Assembly (NCBI GenBank): GCA_046732875.1
Contig: JBKPOB010000038.1
Span: 41,031 to 105,030 of the forward strand
Reading direction: 5' to 3'
DNA length: 64,000 bases
Source of the DNA: Verrucomicrobiota bacterium
Lineage (GTDB): Bacteria > Verrucomicrobiota > Verrucomicrobiia > Chthoniobacterales > UBA10450
The position numbers were made by a program, and so were the translations under genes. Positions 44,584 to 53,321 of the stretch are shown here, in pieces; positions within the stretch are counted from its first letter, which is position 1, and each line of letters begins with the position of its first letter. Below the pieces are notes generated by a model. That model had not been told where the DNA came from. It searched no databases and worked only from the letters and a program-made list of their open reading frames with translations.

Positions 44584-45915
44584 ATGGCCATTGAAGTGAA
44601 AATTCCAGCCGTCGGCGAATCAATCACCAGTGGTGTCGTTTCCGCGTGGCACAAGAAATCCGGCGAGTTCGTGAACGAAGGCGAAGCCCTCTTCACCCTT
44701 GAGACCGACAAGGTTTCCACCGAGATCGTTGCCGAAAAACCGGGCGTGCTTGAAACGAAGGTCCCCGAGGGACAGGAGGTGAAGATTGGCGAGGTCGTCG
44801 CCATAATCGACGATTCAAAGCAGCCAGCAGAAGAGAAAAAGGTGCCGGAAGCGAAGAAAGCCGAAAAGCCTCCGGAAAAGCAGAAAGAACCACAAGAAAA
44901 AAAGAAAGAACCTGAGCAAAAGAAAAAAGAACCCGAGCCGGAGAAAAAGACTGAACCCGTAGCCGCGGGTGCTGAGCGCGGCAGGCCGGAGTCAATGACT
45001 CCAGCTGCAGCGCTTTCGCCCGCAGTCCGCCGGATCGTGGAAGAAGAGAAGCTTGAGCCACAAAAAATTCGCGGCACTGGCGAAGGAGGTCGCCTAACAA
45101 AAGGTGACGTACTGGCTGCCGCACAGGCGCGCGGTAAGGCTGAACCTGTAGGGGAAGCTGTCAGCTTCCCCGGGACGGCAGGGCGGTCCCCTACAGAAGT
45201 TGAACCATCCGGTGATGGTCGGTTCACGCGCAAAAAAATGTCACCGCTTCGCCGCAAGATTGCGCAGCAACTTGTCATGGCGCAGCACACCGCGGCGATC
45301 CTGACGACTTTCAACGAATGTGATATGAGCGCCATCCAGGAATTGCGCCGGAACAAACAAGAGGAGTTCAGCAAAAAGAACGGCGTCAAACTGGGTTTGA
45401 TGTCCTTCTTTGTTAAGGCTTGTGTGGAGGCACTTAAAGCCGTGCCAGTAGTCAATGGTCACATCGAGGAGGAGGATTTCATCCAAAACAATTTCTGTGA
45501 CATCGGCGTAGCAGTCGGCACGGAGCGCGGACTTGTGGTTCCGGTCGTGCGCAATGCGGACAAAAAGAGTTTTGCGGATTTGGAGCGCGACATTGCCGAT
45601 TACGCCGGCCGGGCGCGCGACGGGAAACTAAAAATCGAAGATTTGCAGGGCGGCACGTTCACGATCACAAACGGTGGAGTGTACGGATCGCTGTTCGCCA
45701 CGCCGATTTTGAATCCGCCACAGAGCGGCATCCTGGGCATGCACAAAATCATGCCGCGACCAGTTGCCGTGGATGGCAAAGTAGAAGTCCGCCCGATGAT
45801 GTATCTCGCTCTTAGTTACGATCACCGCGCAATCGACGGAAAAGAAGCCGTCACTTTTCTGATCAAAGTGAAGGATTGCATCGAAGATCCGAAAAAATTG
45901 CCGCTGGATTTTTAG
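44584..45915 (+). CDS. sucB: Dihydrolipoyllysine-residue succinyltransferase (E2 of OGDH)
   Basis: Lipoyl domain (LETDKV), Pro/Glu/Lys-rich linker, PSBD (SPAVRR...E..L....I.GTG..GR.TK.DV) and catalytic domain ending SYDHR.IDG.EAV.FL. Confidence 0.95.
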   Translation: MAIEVKIPAVGESITSGVVSAWHKKSGEFVNEGEALFTLETDKVSTEIVAEKPGVLETKVPEGQEVKIGEVVAIIDDSKQPAEEKKVPEAKKAEKPPEKQKEPQEKKKEPEQKKKEPEPEKKTEPVAAGAERGRPESMTPAAALSPAVRRIVEEEKLEPQKIRGTGEGGRLTKGDVLAAAQARGKAEPVGEAVSFPGTAGRSPTEVEPSGDGRFTRKKMSPLRRKIAQQLVMAQHTAAILTTFNECDMSAIQELRRNKQEEFSKKNGVKLGLMSFFVKACVEALKAVPVVNGHIEEEDFIQNNFCDIGVAVGTERGLVVPVVRNADKKSFADLERDIADYAGRARDGKLKIEDLQGGTFTITNGGVYGSLFATPILNPPQSGILGMHKIMPRPVAVDGKVEVRPMMYLALSYDHRAIDGKEAVTFLIKVKDCIEDPKKLPLDF

Positions 45916-45917
45916 AG

Positions 45918-46427
45918 ATGTTGCCGAGCCGCAAATTTCTTATGTTCCTGTTTGTTGCGTTTGCCACGTTTCTGCAAGCGCAGATCCGCGCGGAAGAAGT
46001 CGACACTGAGATCCCTTCACAAATCCGCGATAAATATCTTGTTATTCTTTGTGCGGAGCGCGAGTTCGATTCGGTGAAGCATGAGGCTGAAAAGGTTAGC
46101 CTTGCCTCCGGCGTCCAATTTTCAATGAACGGCCGTGTTTGGGATTCGGATCGGGGACTCATTTTTCCCGATAACTGCGAGGACCCGATGTATTGCGGAG
46201 AATATCTTCCGCGCCGCTACAACGAGCTGGACCTGACGATGCCGAATCTCGCCGGTTACATTTCTGTCGAAAAATCAGAAGCATATCCGAATTTACAAAA
46301 GGGCTATTACCTCGCCCTCGCGGCGATCCGGGACTCTCGTGAAGACGCACAGAAGGAATTATTGAAGTTTAAGCCATTCGCACCTAAAGCGTACGTCGCT
46401 AAGACCGAAATTTATATGGGCTGCTGA
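45918..46427 (+). CDS. Secreted protein of unknown function inserted between sucB and lpd
   Basis: ATG 3 nt after the sucB stop. Signal peptide MLPSRKFLMFLFVAFATFLQAQ. No recognised domain (only a faint SPOR-like C-terminal pattern, not asserted). Confidence 0.5.
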   Translation: MLPSRKFLMFLFVAFATFLQAQIRAEEVDTEIPSQIRDKYLVILCAEREFDSVKHEAEKVSLASGVQFSMNGRVWDSDRGLIFPDNCEDPMYCGEYLPRRYNELDLTMPNLAGYISVEKSEAYPNLQKGYYLALAAIRDSREDAQKELLKFKPFAPKAYVAKTEIYMGC

Positions 46428-46430
46428 ATC

Positions 46431-46507
46431 AGCCTTCGAGTGAGGTTAGACAACTCTTGCTCTTTTTTTTTCACGGCGAGAGATTCTTCCACTTCGGTCG
46501 GAATGAC
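46431..46507. repeat. REP-A element copy (degenerate left arm)
   Basis: cagccttcgagtgaggttag ... gagagattcttccacttcggtcggaatgac. Ends 10 nt before the lpd ATG. Confidence 0.5.
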
Positions 46508-46517
46508 AGAATAACAT

Positions 46518-47924
46518 ATGGAAAAATTTGATGTTCTTATCATTGGTTCGGGACCCGGCGGATACATTGCTGCAATCCGCTCCGGCCAGCTCGGTCTGAA
46601 AACCGCTCTGGTCGAAAAAGACAAGGAGCTCGGCGGCACTTGCCTGAATGTGGGCTGCATCCCGAGCAAAGCGCTTCTGACTTCGAGCGACCATTACATG
46701 TTCGTCAAAAAGGAGGCCGCCAAGCACGGCATCGTGATCGACGGCGCCCAGGTCGACCTCGCAAAAATGCAACAGCGCAAGGACAAGGTTGTGAAGACAT
46801 TTAACAGCGGCGTGCGCTCGCTGATGAAAACGAACAAGGTCACAGTCCTCGAAGGCACAGCCACCATTACGAACCCTGGAAAAGTTTCAATCAAATCCTC
46901 CAATGGCGACACACAGGAGATCGAGGCGAAAAATATCGTGATCGCCACCGGCAGCGCACCGGCAGAGCTGCCGTTCGCTAAGTTTGATGGCAAAACAATC
47001 GTCAGCAGCACCGAAGCGCTTACCTTCAGCGAAGCTCCAAAGAAACTCATCGTGATCGGCGCGGGCGCGGTTGGTTTGGAGTTGGGCTCTGTTTGGAATC
47101 GGCTCGGTTCGGAAGTAACAGTTTTGGAATTTCTCCCCCGCATCGCGCTCGGTTTCGATCTTGAGCTCTCGAATCTGCTTCAGCGTTTGCTCACTGCTCA
47201 GGGCATGACGTTCCACCTGGAAGCAAAAGTTAGCGGAGTGAAGGTCGACAACGGTCGCGCGACTGTAATTGCGACTAAAGACAAAGAAGAACTGAAATTC
47301 GAAGCCGATAAGGTCCTTGTATCAGTCGGGCGTCGTCCGTTCTCGGACGGTTTGGGCGCAGAAAAAGTCGGTGTGGAGCTTGACGAAAACAAGCGTATCA
47401 AAGTAGACGAACATTTCCGCACGAACGTCGAAGGCATTTATGCCATCGGCGACGTGATTGCGGGTCCCATGTTGGCCCACAAAGCCGAAGACGAAGGGAT
47501 GGCTTGCATCGAAATCATCGCGGGCAAGGCTGGCCACGTAAACTATGACGCCATTGCCGGCATCATTTACACAAATCCCGAGCTGGCTGGCGTTGGTCTT
47601 ACTGAGGATCAGGCGAAGGAAAAGGGGATCGACGTGCGCATCGGCAAATTTCCGTTCCGCGCAAATAGCCGCGCACTTTGCAGTGATGATGTCGAAGGAA
47701 TGGTCAAATTCGTGGCCGACGCAAAGACCGATCGCGTTCTCGGCGCACATATTCTCCATCACGCAGCTTCGGAACTAATCGCCGAAGCCGTGTCGGTGAT
47801 TGAATTCGGCGGAAGCTCCGAAGATATTGGGCGCACCTGTCATTCGCATCCGACCTTGAGCGAAGCAGTCAGAGAAGCCGCGCTAAATGTGGAGAAACGA
47901 GCGCTCCACATCATAAATCGCTAA
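46518..47924 (+). CDS. lpdA: Dihydrolipoyl dehydrogenase (E3)
   Basis: FAD motif IIGSGPGGY.AA, redox-active GGTCLNVGCIPSK, NAD motif VIGAGAVGLE, C-terminal HSHPTLSE. Confidence 0.95.
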   Translation: MEKFDVLIIGSGPGGYIAAIRSGQLGLKTALVEKDKELGGTCLNVGCIPSKALLTSSDHYMFVKKEAAKHGIVIDGAQVDLAKMQQRKDKVVKTFNSGVRSLMKTNKVTVLEGTATITNPGKVSIKSSNGDTQEIEAKNIVIATGSAPAELPFAKFDGKTIVSSTEALTFSEAPKKLIVIGAGAVGLELGSVWNRLGSEVTVLEFLPRIALGFDLELSNLLQRLLTAQGMTFHLEAKVSGVKVDNGRATVIATKDKEELKFEADKVLVSVGRRPFSDGLGAEKVGVELDENKRIKVDEHFRTNVEGIYAIGDVIAGPMLAHKAEDEGMACIEIIAGKAGHVNYDAIAGIIYTNPELAGVGLTEDQAKEKGIDVRIGKFPFRANSRALCSDDVEGMVKFVADAKTDRVLGAHILHHAASELIAEAVSVIEFGGSSEDIGRTCHSHPTLSEAVREAALNVEKRALHIINR

Positions 47925-47965
47925 TCATGGTGATCGCCTGTCGGATGCAGGCAGATCGCTAGAGA

Positions 47966-49264
47966 TTATCTCGAAGTTACTGCCTCGCGTCGCCGAACCA
48001 CGAGCAGGGTGACCAGCGCGGACGCTGCGCAAATAATCGCCCCGAACATGAGCGCGAACGATGTGCCAATCCAATGCGCGACCGCTCCGGCTTCGAGACT
48101 GCCTAGTGGAATCATTGCGCCGAAGACAAGCGACCATACGCCCATGACGCGGCCACGCATTTCGTCCGGCACAATCGTTTGTAGCACCGTGTTCGACGTG
48201 GAGAAAAACAGAAGCATTCCAAATCCAGCAACCAGGAGAAACGCGAGCGCGACGTAAAAATTCCGGCTCAGCGAAAGAGCGAATAGGGCAATCGAAAAAA
48301 GCCAGACGCCTCCGAGCGCGAGCCTTCGCGGTGTAAACAGATGTCCGTAAGTCGCCACGATTAACGCGCCAATGAAAGCGCCGGTCCCACTCGCCGACAT
48401 CAAGACGCCGTAACCGTTCGCGCCGCGACCAAGCACGTCGCGCGCGAAAGCCGGCATCAATACACCGTATGACCACGCTAAGACGCCCACTGTGAGAAAG
48501 AGCAGCAGAATTGTCCGGACTCGCTGATGTGTGAGCGAGTATACGATGCCATTCCAGGCGTGTTCATCCGCAGAGACCACGTTTGCCGGTCGCCGAAACG
48601 CGCGTAAGCGCATCATCAACAAACCGGCAATCACTGCAATAAAGGTGAGACCATTCAGGAAAAAACACATCGCGACGCCAACCCAACCGATCAGTAAACC
48701 AGCAACCGATGGACCGACAACGCGCGCACCGTTCACGATCGAGCTATTAAGCGAGATGGCGTTTAGCAAGTCTTCACGGCTTGTTATTTCGACTGTGAAC
48801 GCCTGACGCGCCGGCATATCGAAGCCCATTGCGACGCCGTTTAATGCAGCAATAATGACAATGAAAGACGGCGTCGCGAAACCCGCCCAAACACCAGCCG
48901 CAAGAAAGAACGCACAAACCATTTGCGCCGTCTGGGTCGCGAGCAGGATTGAGCGCTTTGGATGGCGATCGGCGAGTGAACCACCCCAGATTGAGGACAA
49001 CATCATTGGAGCGGATCCCATGGCGGCGACGATACCGAGCAGTAGTTTCGAATTCGTAATTTGATAGACGAACCAACTCATCGCAGTTTGCTGCATCCAC
49101 GTGCCAACGAGTGAGACGAGTTGCCCCCAAAAAAACAGCCGATAATTTCGATGGCGCAGCGCGCGGAACGTATGTCGCAAGGTGATGCTACCAACAGGAA
49201 CCCGCCGTAACCGTCCGCTGACGTCTTCCGGTACGCGCGCAGTTTCCGTAGTTGTTATCGGCAT
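47966..49264 (-). CDS. MFS transporter (EntS/DUF894-like subfamily)
   Basis: 12 hydrophobic segments. N-terminal HRNYRLFFWGQLVSLVGTWMQ is typical of the MFS_3/EntS-like group. Confidence 0.8.
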   Translation of the reverse strand: MPITTTETARVPEDVSGRLRRVPVGSITLRHTFRALRHRNYRLFFWGQLVSLVGTWMQQTAMSWFVYQITNSKLLLGIVAAMGSAPMMLSSIWGGSLADRHPKRSILLATQTAQMVCAFFLAAGVWAGFATPSFIVIIAALNGVAMGFDMPARQAFTVEITSREDLLNAISLNSSIVNGARVVGPSVAGLLIGWVGVAMCFFLNGLTFIAVIAGLLMMRLRAFRRPANVVSADEHAWNGIVYSLTHQRVRTILLLFLTVGVLAWSYGVLMPAFARDVLGRGANGYGVLMSASGTGAFIGALIVATYGHLFTPRRLALGGVWLFSIALFALSLSRNFYVALAFLLVAGFGMLLFFSTSNTVLQTIVPDEMRGRVMGVWSLVFGAMIPLGSLEAGAVAHWIGTSFALMFGAIICAASALVTLLVVRRREAVTSR

Positions 49265-49376
49265 CAGTCATCATGGCTGCTGAAAGAGACAACTGCAAAA
49301 TCAAGCGCCTTTGAGTTGTAGCGGTGTTCGCCGCGGCGAGCACCTCTGCAACTGGGGAGTGTGCTAAGTTCGCAGT

Positions 49377-49946
49377 GTGGAAACCACACCTGCCATCCTT
49401 CTTCGCAAACGAAAGTTCAGCGACACAAGTCTGATCGTTTCGTGGTGCACGGAGTCGTTCGGTTGTGTCCAAACGATCGCCAAGGGTGCGCGGCGGCCTA
49501 AAAGTCCATTTGCGGGAAAGCTGGATTTGTTTTTTGAGACTGAAATTTCAATCGTGCGAAGCAGGAGGTCGGATCTGCATACGCTTACCGAGGTAGTGTT
49601 GAAAAATCCGTTCGCTGGAATTCGCAGCAACTATCTGCGTATGCAGACGGCGGCGTATTTTGTAGAACTAATTGAGATTTGCACCGAGCGAGATCATCGG
49701 GAACCGGAGTTGTTTACGCTGTTGCGCAGGGCTTTCGGTTATCTCAACGCAAACGATCCGACGCACCGCGCTGTTTCGCATTTCGAGGCAGAACTGGCGC
49801 GCATCGCCGGCGTGCACGACGAGAAGAAATTGAAAGCCGACCCGGCATTTGCGCTGGGAAATTTGTTCGGCCGATTGCCGGTCTCTCGAACGCCGCTCTT
49901 GAAAACGCTGGCGACGCAGGCGAAAAACCGGGAAAGTTCCAAATGA
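49377..49946 (+). CDS. recO: DNA repair protein RecO
   Basis: GTG start. AILLRKRKFSDTSLIVSW.T...G.V...AKGARR.KS.F.G.LDLF (OB-fold N-domain pattern). Short (189 aa) RecO. Confidence 0.75.
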   Translation: METTPAILLRKRKFSDTSLIVSWCTESFGCVQTIAKGARRPKSPFAGKLDLFFETEISIVRSRRSDLHTLTEVVLKNPFAGIRSNYLRMQTAAYFVELIEICTERDHREPELFTLLRRAFGYLNANDPTHRAVSHFEAELARIAGVHDEKKLKADPAFALGNLFGRLPVSRTPLLKTLATQAKNRESSK

Positions 49947-50521
49947 GAGTACGCAACCTTGTCGCTGCATTCGTAATCGCCGGCTTGAGTCCTGCCATAT
50001 TGGCGAACGAGACATACAAGTTCGATCCGTCGGGCTCGACGATCGGTTTCAGTGTGCATCAATTCCTGGGCACCACTCACGGAAAATTCGCGAAGTTCAA
50101 TGGCAAGATCGAGGTTAACCGCGAGCATCCCGAGGACTCTTCAGTGACGGCGCAGATCGACGTGCGCAGTATCGATACGCGCATTAAAAAGCGAGACGAT
50201 CATCTACGCAGCGCGGAATTTTTTAACGTCGAAAAATTTCCCCAGATGACATTTAAGAGCCGAAGCGTAAAACAGACAGGACCGCAAAGTGGCGATATTC
50301 TCGGCGACCTGACCATACACGGCGTGACCAAGCCGATCACGCTTCATGTAAAATTGCTTACGCCACTGAACGAAACGAGCCGGACACGTTGGGCCGTAAC
50401 GGTCGATCCAATCAATCGTCGCGACTTCAATCTTACGTTTGCGCCGGCCACTGAGACAGTTTCCGGCATCAGTCAAACGGTGGCGATCAATATCGAGATC
50501 GAGGCGAAGGGCGCAGATTGA
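49943..50521 (+). CDS. YceI-family periplasmic polyisoprenoid-binding protein
   Basis: ATGA overlap with the recO stop. Signal peptide, then Y..D...S.I.F.V.HF.G.T.G.F..F.G.I.... and RD.HL.S.EFF....FP...F.S blocks of the YceI family. Confidence 0.85.
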   Translation: MRVRNLVAAFVIAGLSPAILANETYKFDPSGSTIGFSVHQFLGTTHGKFAKFNGKIEVNREHPEDSSVTAQIDVRSIDTRIKKRDDHLRSAEFFNVEKFPQMTFKSRSVKQTGPQSGDILGDLTIHGVTKPITLHVKLLTPLNETSRTRWAVTVDPINRRDFNLTFAPATETVSGISQTVAINIEIEAKGAD

Positions 50522-50545
50522 AAGGCGCGCGTGACTTCAAACATG

Positions 50546-50709
50546 GTCATCCTGAGTGAAGCGCAGCGAAGTCGAAGGATCCCGTGGCGCTTCCGTAAAG
50601 TACTGCCACGGGATTTGATTCGCTCACTTCCCGTTCGCTCAGCCTGTGGCCTTCCCGTCCATGTCGCGGCTTCCCCAGCCGCTCCATTCTCGACTCCGCT
50701 CGGAATGAC
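50546..50709. repeat. REP-A element, longest copy
   Basis: gtcatcctgagtgaagcgcagcgaagtcgaaggatcccgtggc...gccacggg...ccgctcggaatgac. Contains an internal 8-bp stem cccgtggc/gccacggg. Between yceI and pxpB. Confidence 0.7.
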
Positions 50710-50715
50710 AGGCTG

Positions 50716-51471
50716 ATGGAAATCATACCGCTCGGAGATTCCGCGCTGATCGTCCGCGTGCGCGATCGATTCGATGACGCGTCCGAGGAAACGCTGGACA
50801 CAGTCCTCCGCGCATTTCAGCGGCTTCAAAGCGCGGAGATTCCCGGTATCATCGAGTTGGCGCCGGCCTATACCAGCGTCGCAGTTTTCTTTGATCCAAT
50901 CACCATTGCTAAAGCAGCTAAAACACCTGACAAACTGTTCGACTGGTTAGCAATACGCGTTCGTGCCGCTGTAGCCGCGGACGACTTGTCCGCCGTAGCC
51001 TCGGCGAAGGCGGATGACCGCGGCAGACGCCGCAGAACTGCACGATCCGGTGTAGGCTCGGTCGAAATCCCAGTCTGCTACGATCCGGAGTTCGCACTCG
51101 ACCTCAATGATGTTGCGCGACGCGCGAACATCTCGCCGAGCGAAGTTATCCGTCTTCACAGCACGGCTAACTATCGTGTGGCCTGCATAGGGTTTGTTCC
51201 CGGATTTCCATTTCTGGCGGGACTTCCGAACAAGCTGGCCACGCCGCGCCGCGACGTACCGCGGAAGGAAATTCCGCCCGGTTCTGTCGGGATTGGTGGT
51301 GCACAGACGGGAATCTACCCGCTGCGGTCACCTGGCGGCTGGAATCTGATCGGACGCACGCCACTGCGTTTGTTCGATCCGGAAAAAAACCCGCCTGCCT
51401 TTTTGCGTGCGGGCGAACGCGTGCGTTTCAGCGAAATTACGCGCAATGAATTTGAGACGCTCAGGCGTTAA
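50716..51471 (+). CDS. pxpB: 5-oxoprolinase subunit PxpB (KipI/allophanate hydrolase subunit 1 family)
   Basis: PLGDSALIV, AY.S..V.FDP, GF.PGFP.L and Y...SPGGW..IG blocks. Confidence 0.85.
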   Translation: MEIIPLGDSALIVRVRDRFDDASEETLDTVLRAFQRLQSAEIPGIIELAPAYTSVAVFFDPITIAKAAKTPDKLFDWLAIRVRAAVAADDLSAVASAKADDRGRRRRTARSGVGSVEIPVCYDPEFALDLNDVARRANISPSEVIRLHSTANYRVACIGFVPGFPFLAGLPNKLATPRRDVPRKEIPPGSVGIGGAQTGIYPLRSPGGWNLIGRTPLRLFDPEKNPPAFLRAGERVRFSEITRNEFETLRR

Positions 51472-51480
51472 GCGTCGATT

Positions 51481-52449
51481 ATGAGCCTGATTGTTGAGCA
51501 CGCAGGATTTCTTACCAGCGTGCAGGACCTTGGCCGCACAGGGTTTCGCGAGTTTGGCGTTTCATTAGGCGGCGCGCTTGATTCCTTTGGTTTGCGCGTG
51601 GCGAATTTGCTCGTCGGCAATGACGAAAATGCGGCGGGACTCGAGATCACTCTAGGTGGTTTGCAATTGCGCTTTGAGGACGAACGTGTCGTCGCGTGGT
51701 GCGGTGGCGACTTCAACGTGCAAATCGAATCAACGCAATTGCCGGCCGGTCATGGAGCGCATGTGCGAGTCGGTGAACGGTTGAAATTCGGCCGGCCTCA
51801 AGTTGGTTGCCGTGCATGGTTGGCCGTCTCCGGTGGAATTGATATGTCAGCAGTCCTAGAGAGTCGTTCCACGGACTTACGAGCACACTTCGGCGGATTT
51901 GAAGGGCGCACACTGCGCGATCGAGATCAACTTCCGCTAGGAACGAGGCCGGGGTCATCGCCCCCAGCTACAGTGATTTCCTCATGGACCGCGCCACACG
52001 ATTGGGTTAGCCCGGCAAAGCGCGAGCCGATTCTGCGTTGCGTTCGGGGTTCCGATTGGGACCGATTCGACGATTTAACGATTCAACGTTTCACAGGTGA
52101 AGCATTCGGCGTTTCACCGGATTCCGATCGCATGGGCGTGCGTCTTGAAGGTCCAGAACTGAAACGATGCGATGAAAGCGATCTGATCTCGGAAGCAGTG
52201 GCGCCGGGCACAATCCAGGTTCCGCCGAGCGGAAAGCCGATTTTACTTTTGGGAGATTGCCAAACCATCGGCGGCTATCCGAAAATAGCGCACGTGATCA
52301 CTGTTGATCTTGGCGTTGCAGCACAACTTCGCGCCGGCGATCACGTCCATTTTTCCGAAGTCTCGCTCACCGATGCGCACCAGCTCTTGCTCGAACGTGA
52401 ACGTGAATTCGAGCGTTTCCGCGTTGGTATCAGTCTCCAAGGCCTATGA
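51481..52449 (+). CDS. pxpC: 5-oxoprolinase subunit PxpC (KipA/allophanate hydrolase subunit 2 family)
   Basis: G.LT.VQDLGR.G....GV...GA.D and ..Q..GGYPKIA.VI..DL......R.GD...F. Confidence 0.85.
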   Translation: MSLIVEHAGFLTSVQDLGRTGFREFGVSLGGALDSFGLRVANLLVGNDENAAGLEITLGGLQLRFEDERVVAWCGGDFNVQIESTQLPAGHGAHVRVGERLKFGRPQVGCRAWLAVSGGIDMSAVLESRSTDLRAHFGGFEGRTLRDRDQLPLGTRPGSSPPATVISSWTAPHDWVSPAKREPILRCVRGSDWDRFDDLTIQRFTGEAFGVSPDSDRMGVRLEGPELKRCDESDLISEAVAPGTIQVPPSGKPILLLGDCQTIGGYPKIAHVITVDLGVAAQLRAGDHVHFSEVSLTDAHQLLLEREREFERFRVGISLQGL

Positions 52450-53201
52450 AATTGTCTGTCGATATTAACGCCGATCTCGGTGAAGGAGCAGGTCACGATG
52501 AGGAACTGTTCGAGCTTATCAGCTCGGCAAACATTGCGACCGGTTTTCACGCCGGCGATTCCGATACCATGCACGCTGCAGTTTCTGCAGCGAAAAAACA
52601 TGGAGTCGCTGTCGGAGCGCATCCAAGTTTTTTCGATCGCGAGAATTTCGGACGCAAGGAGCTCAAGATAAGTAATCAGGAGGCATTCGACGCAGTGGCT
52701 TATCAGCTTGGAGTTTTTCAAGCGATCGCCTCTGCCGTTGGCGTGCGACCGAACCATGTCAAACCGCACGGCGCTCTCTATAACATGGCCGTGCGCGACC
52801 ATGACTTGGCCGATGCCATTGCGCGGGCCATCGCATCAATCGGTCCGACGTTAATCCTGTTCGCGCCAGACAAGAGCGAGCTGGCCCGCGCAGGCGAGGC
52901 GCACGGCTTGCAAATCGCACGCGAAATTTTCGCAGATCGCAATTATCTGAATGACGGATGGCTGGTTCCACGCACGCGACCGGATGCGTTGCTTCGTGAT
53001 CCGAACGAAGCCGCCGAGCGCGTCCTGCGAATGTTGCGCGACGGCAAAGTGCGCTCGGTCGAAGGCCGAGACGTTGAGGCGCGCGGAGAAACGATTTGTA
53101 TCCATGGCGATACACCCGGTGCAGTTGAATTCGCGCGCAAATTGCGCTCACGGCTGGAGCACGAAGGCGTGAAAATCAGCGCGCCGCAGAGCTTGCCGTG
53201 A
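52446..53201 (+). CDS. pxpA: 5-oxoprolinase subunit PxpA (LamB/YcsF family)
   Basis: DINADLGEG.G.D..L....SSANIA.GFHAGD...M......A...GV.VGAHP. Overlaps the pxpC stop by 4 nt. Confidence 0.9.
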   Translation: MKLSVDINADLGEGAGHDEELFELISSANIATGFHAGDSDTMHAAVSAAKKHGVAVGAHPSFFDRENFGRKELKISNQEAFDAVAYQLGVFQAIASAVGVRPNHVKPHGALYNMAVRDHDLADAIARAIASIGPTLILFAPDKSELARAGEAHGLQIAREIFADRNYLNDGWLVPRTRPDALLRDPNEAAERVLRMLRDGKVRSVEGRDVEARGETICIHGDTPGAVEFARKLRSRLEHEGVKISAPQSLP

Positions 53202-53212
53202 GAACCAGTGTT

Positions 53213-53303
53213 GTCATTCTGAGCGAAGCGAAGAATCTCAGATCCCCTTCCGAGTGACCTGATCAAAAAATGGCCAGAGATGTTTCGCTCCGTTCAACAT
53301 GAC
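53213..53303. repeat. REP-A element copy
   Basis: gtcattctgagcgaagcgaagaatctcagatcc...ccagagatgtttcgctccgttcaacatgac. Between pxpA and the permease gene. Confidence 0.7.
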
Positions 53304-53321
53304 AGAATCGATTGACGCGAT

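Noticed and set aside
44574-45455. 293-aa minus-strand ORF
   Set aside because: It is antisense to sucB. Its Ser/Phe/Cys/Gly low-complexity sequence is the mirror of the Pro/Glu/Lys linker codons.
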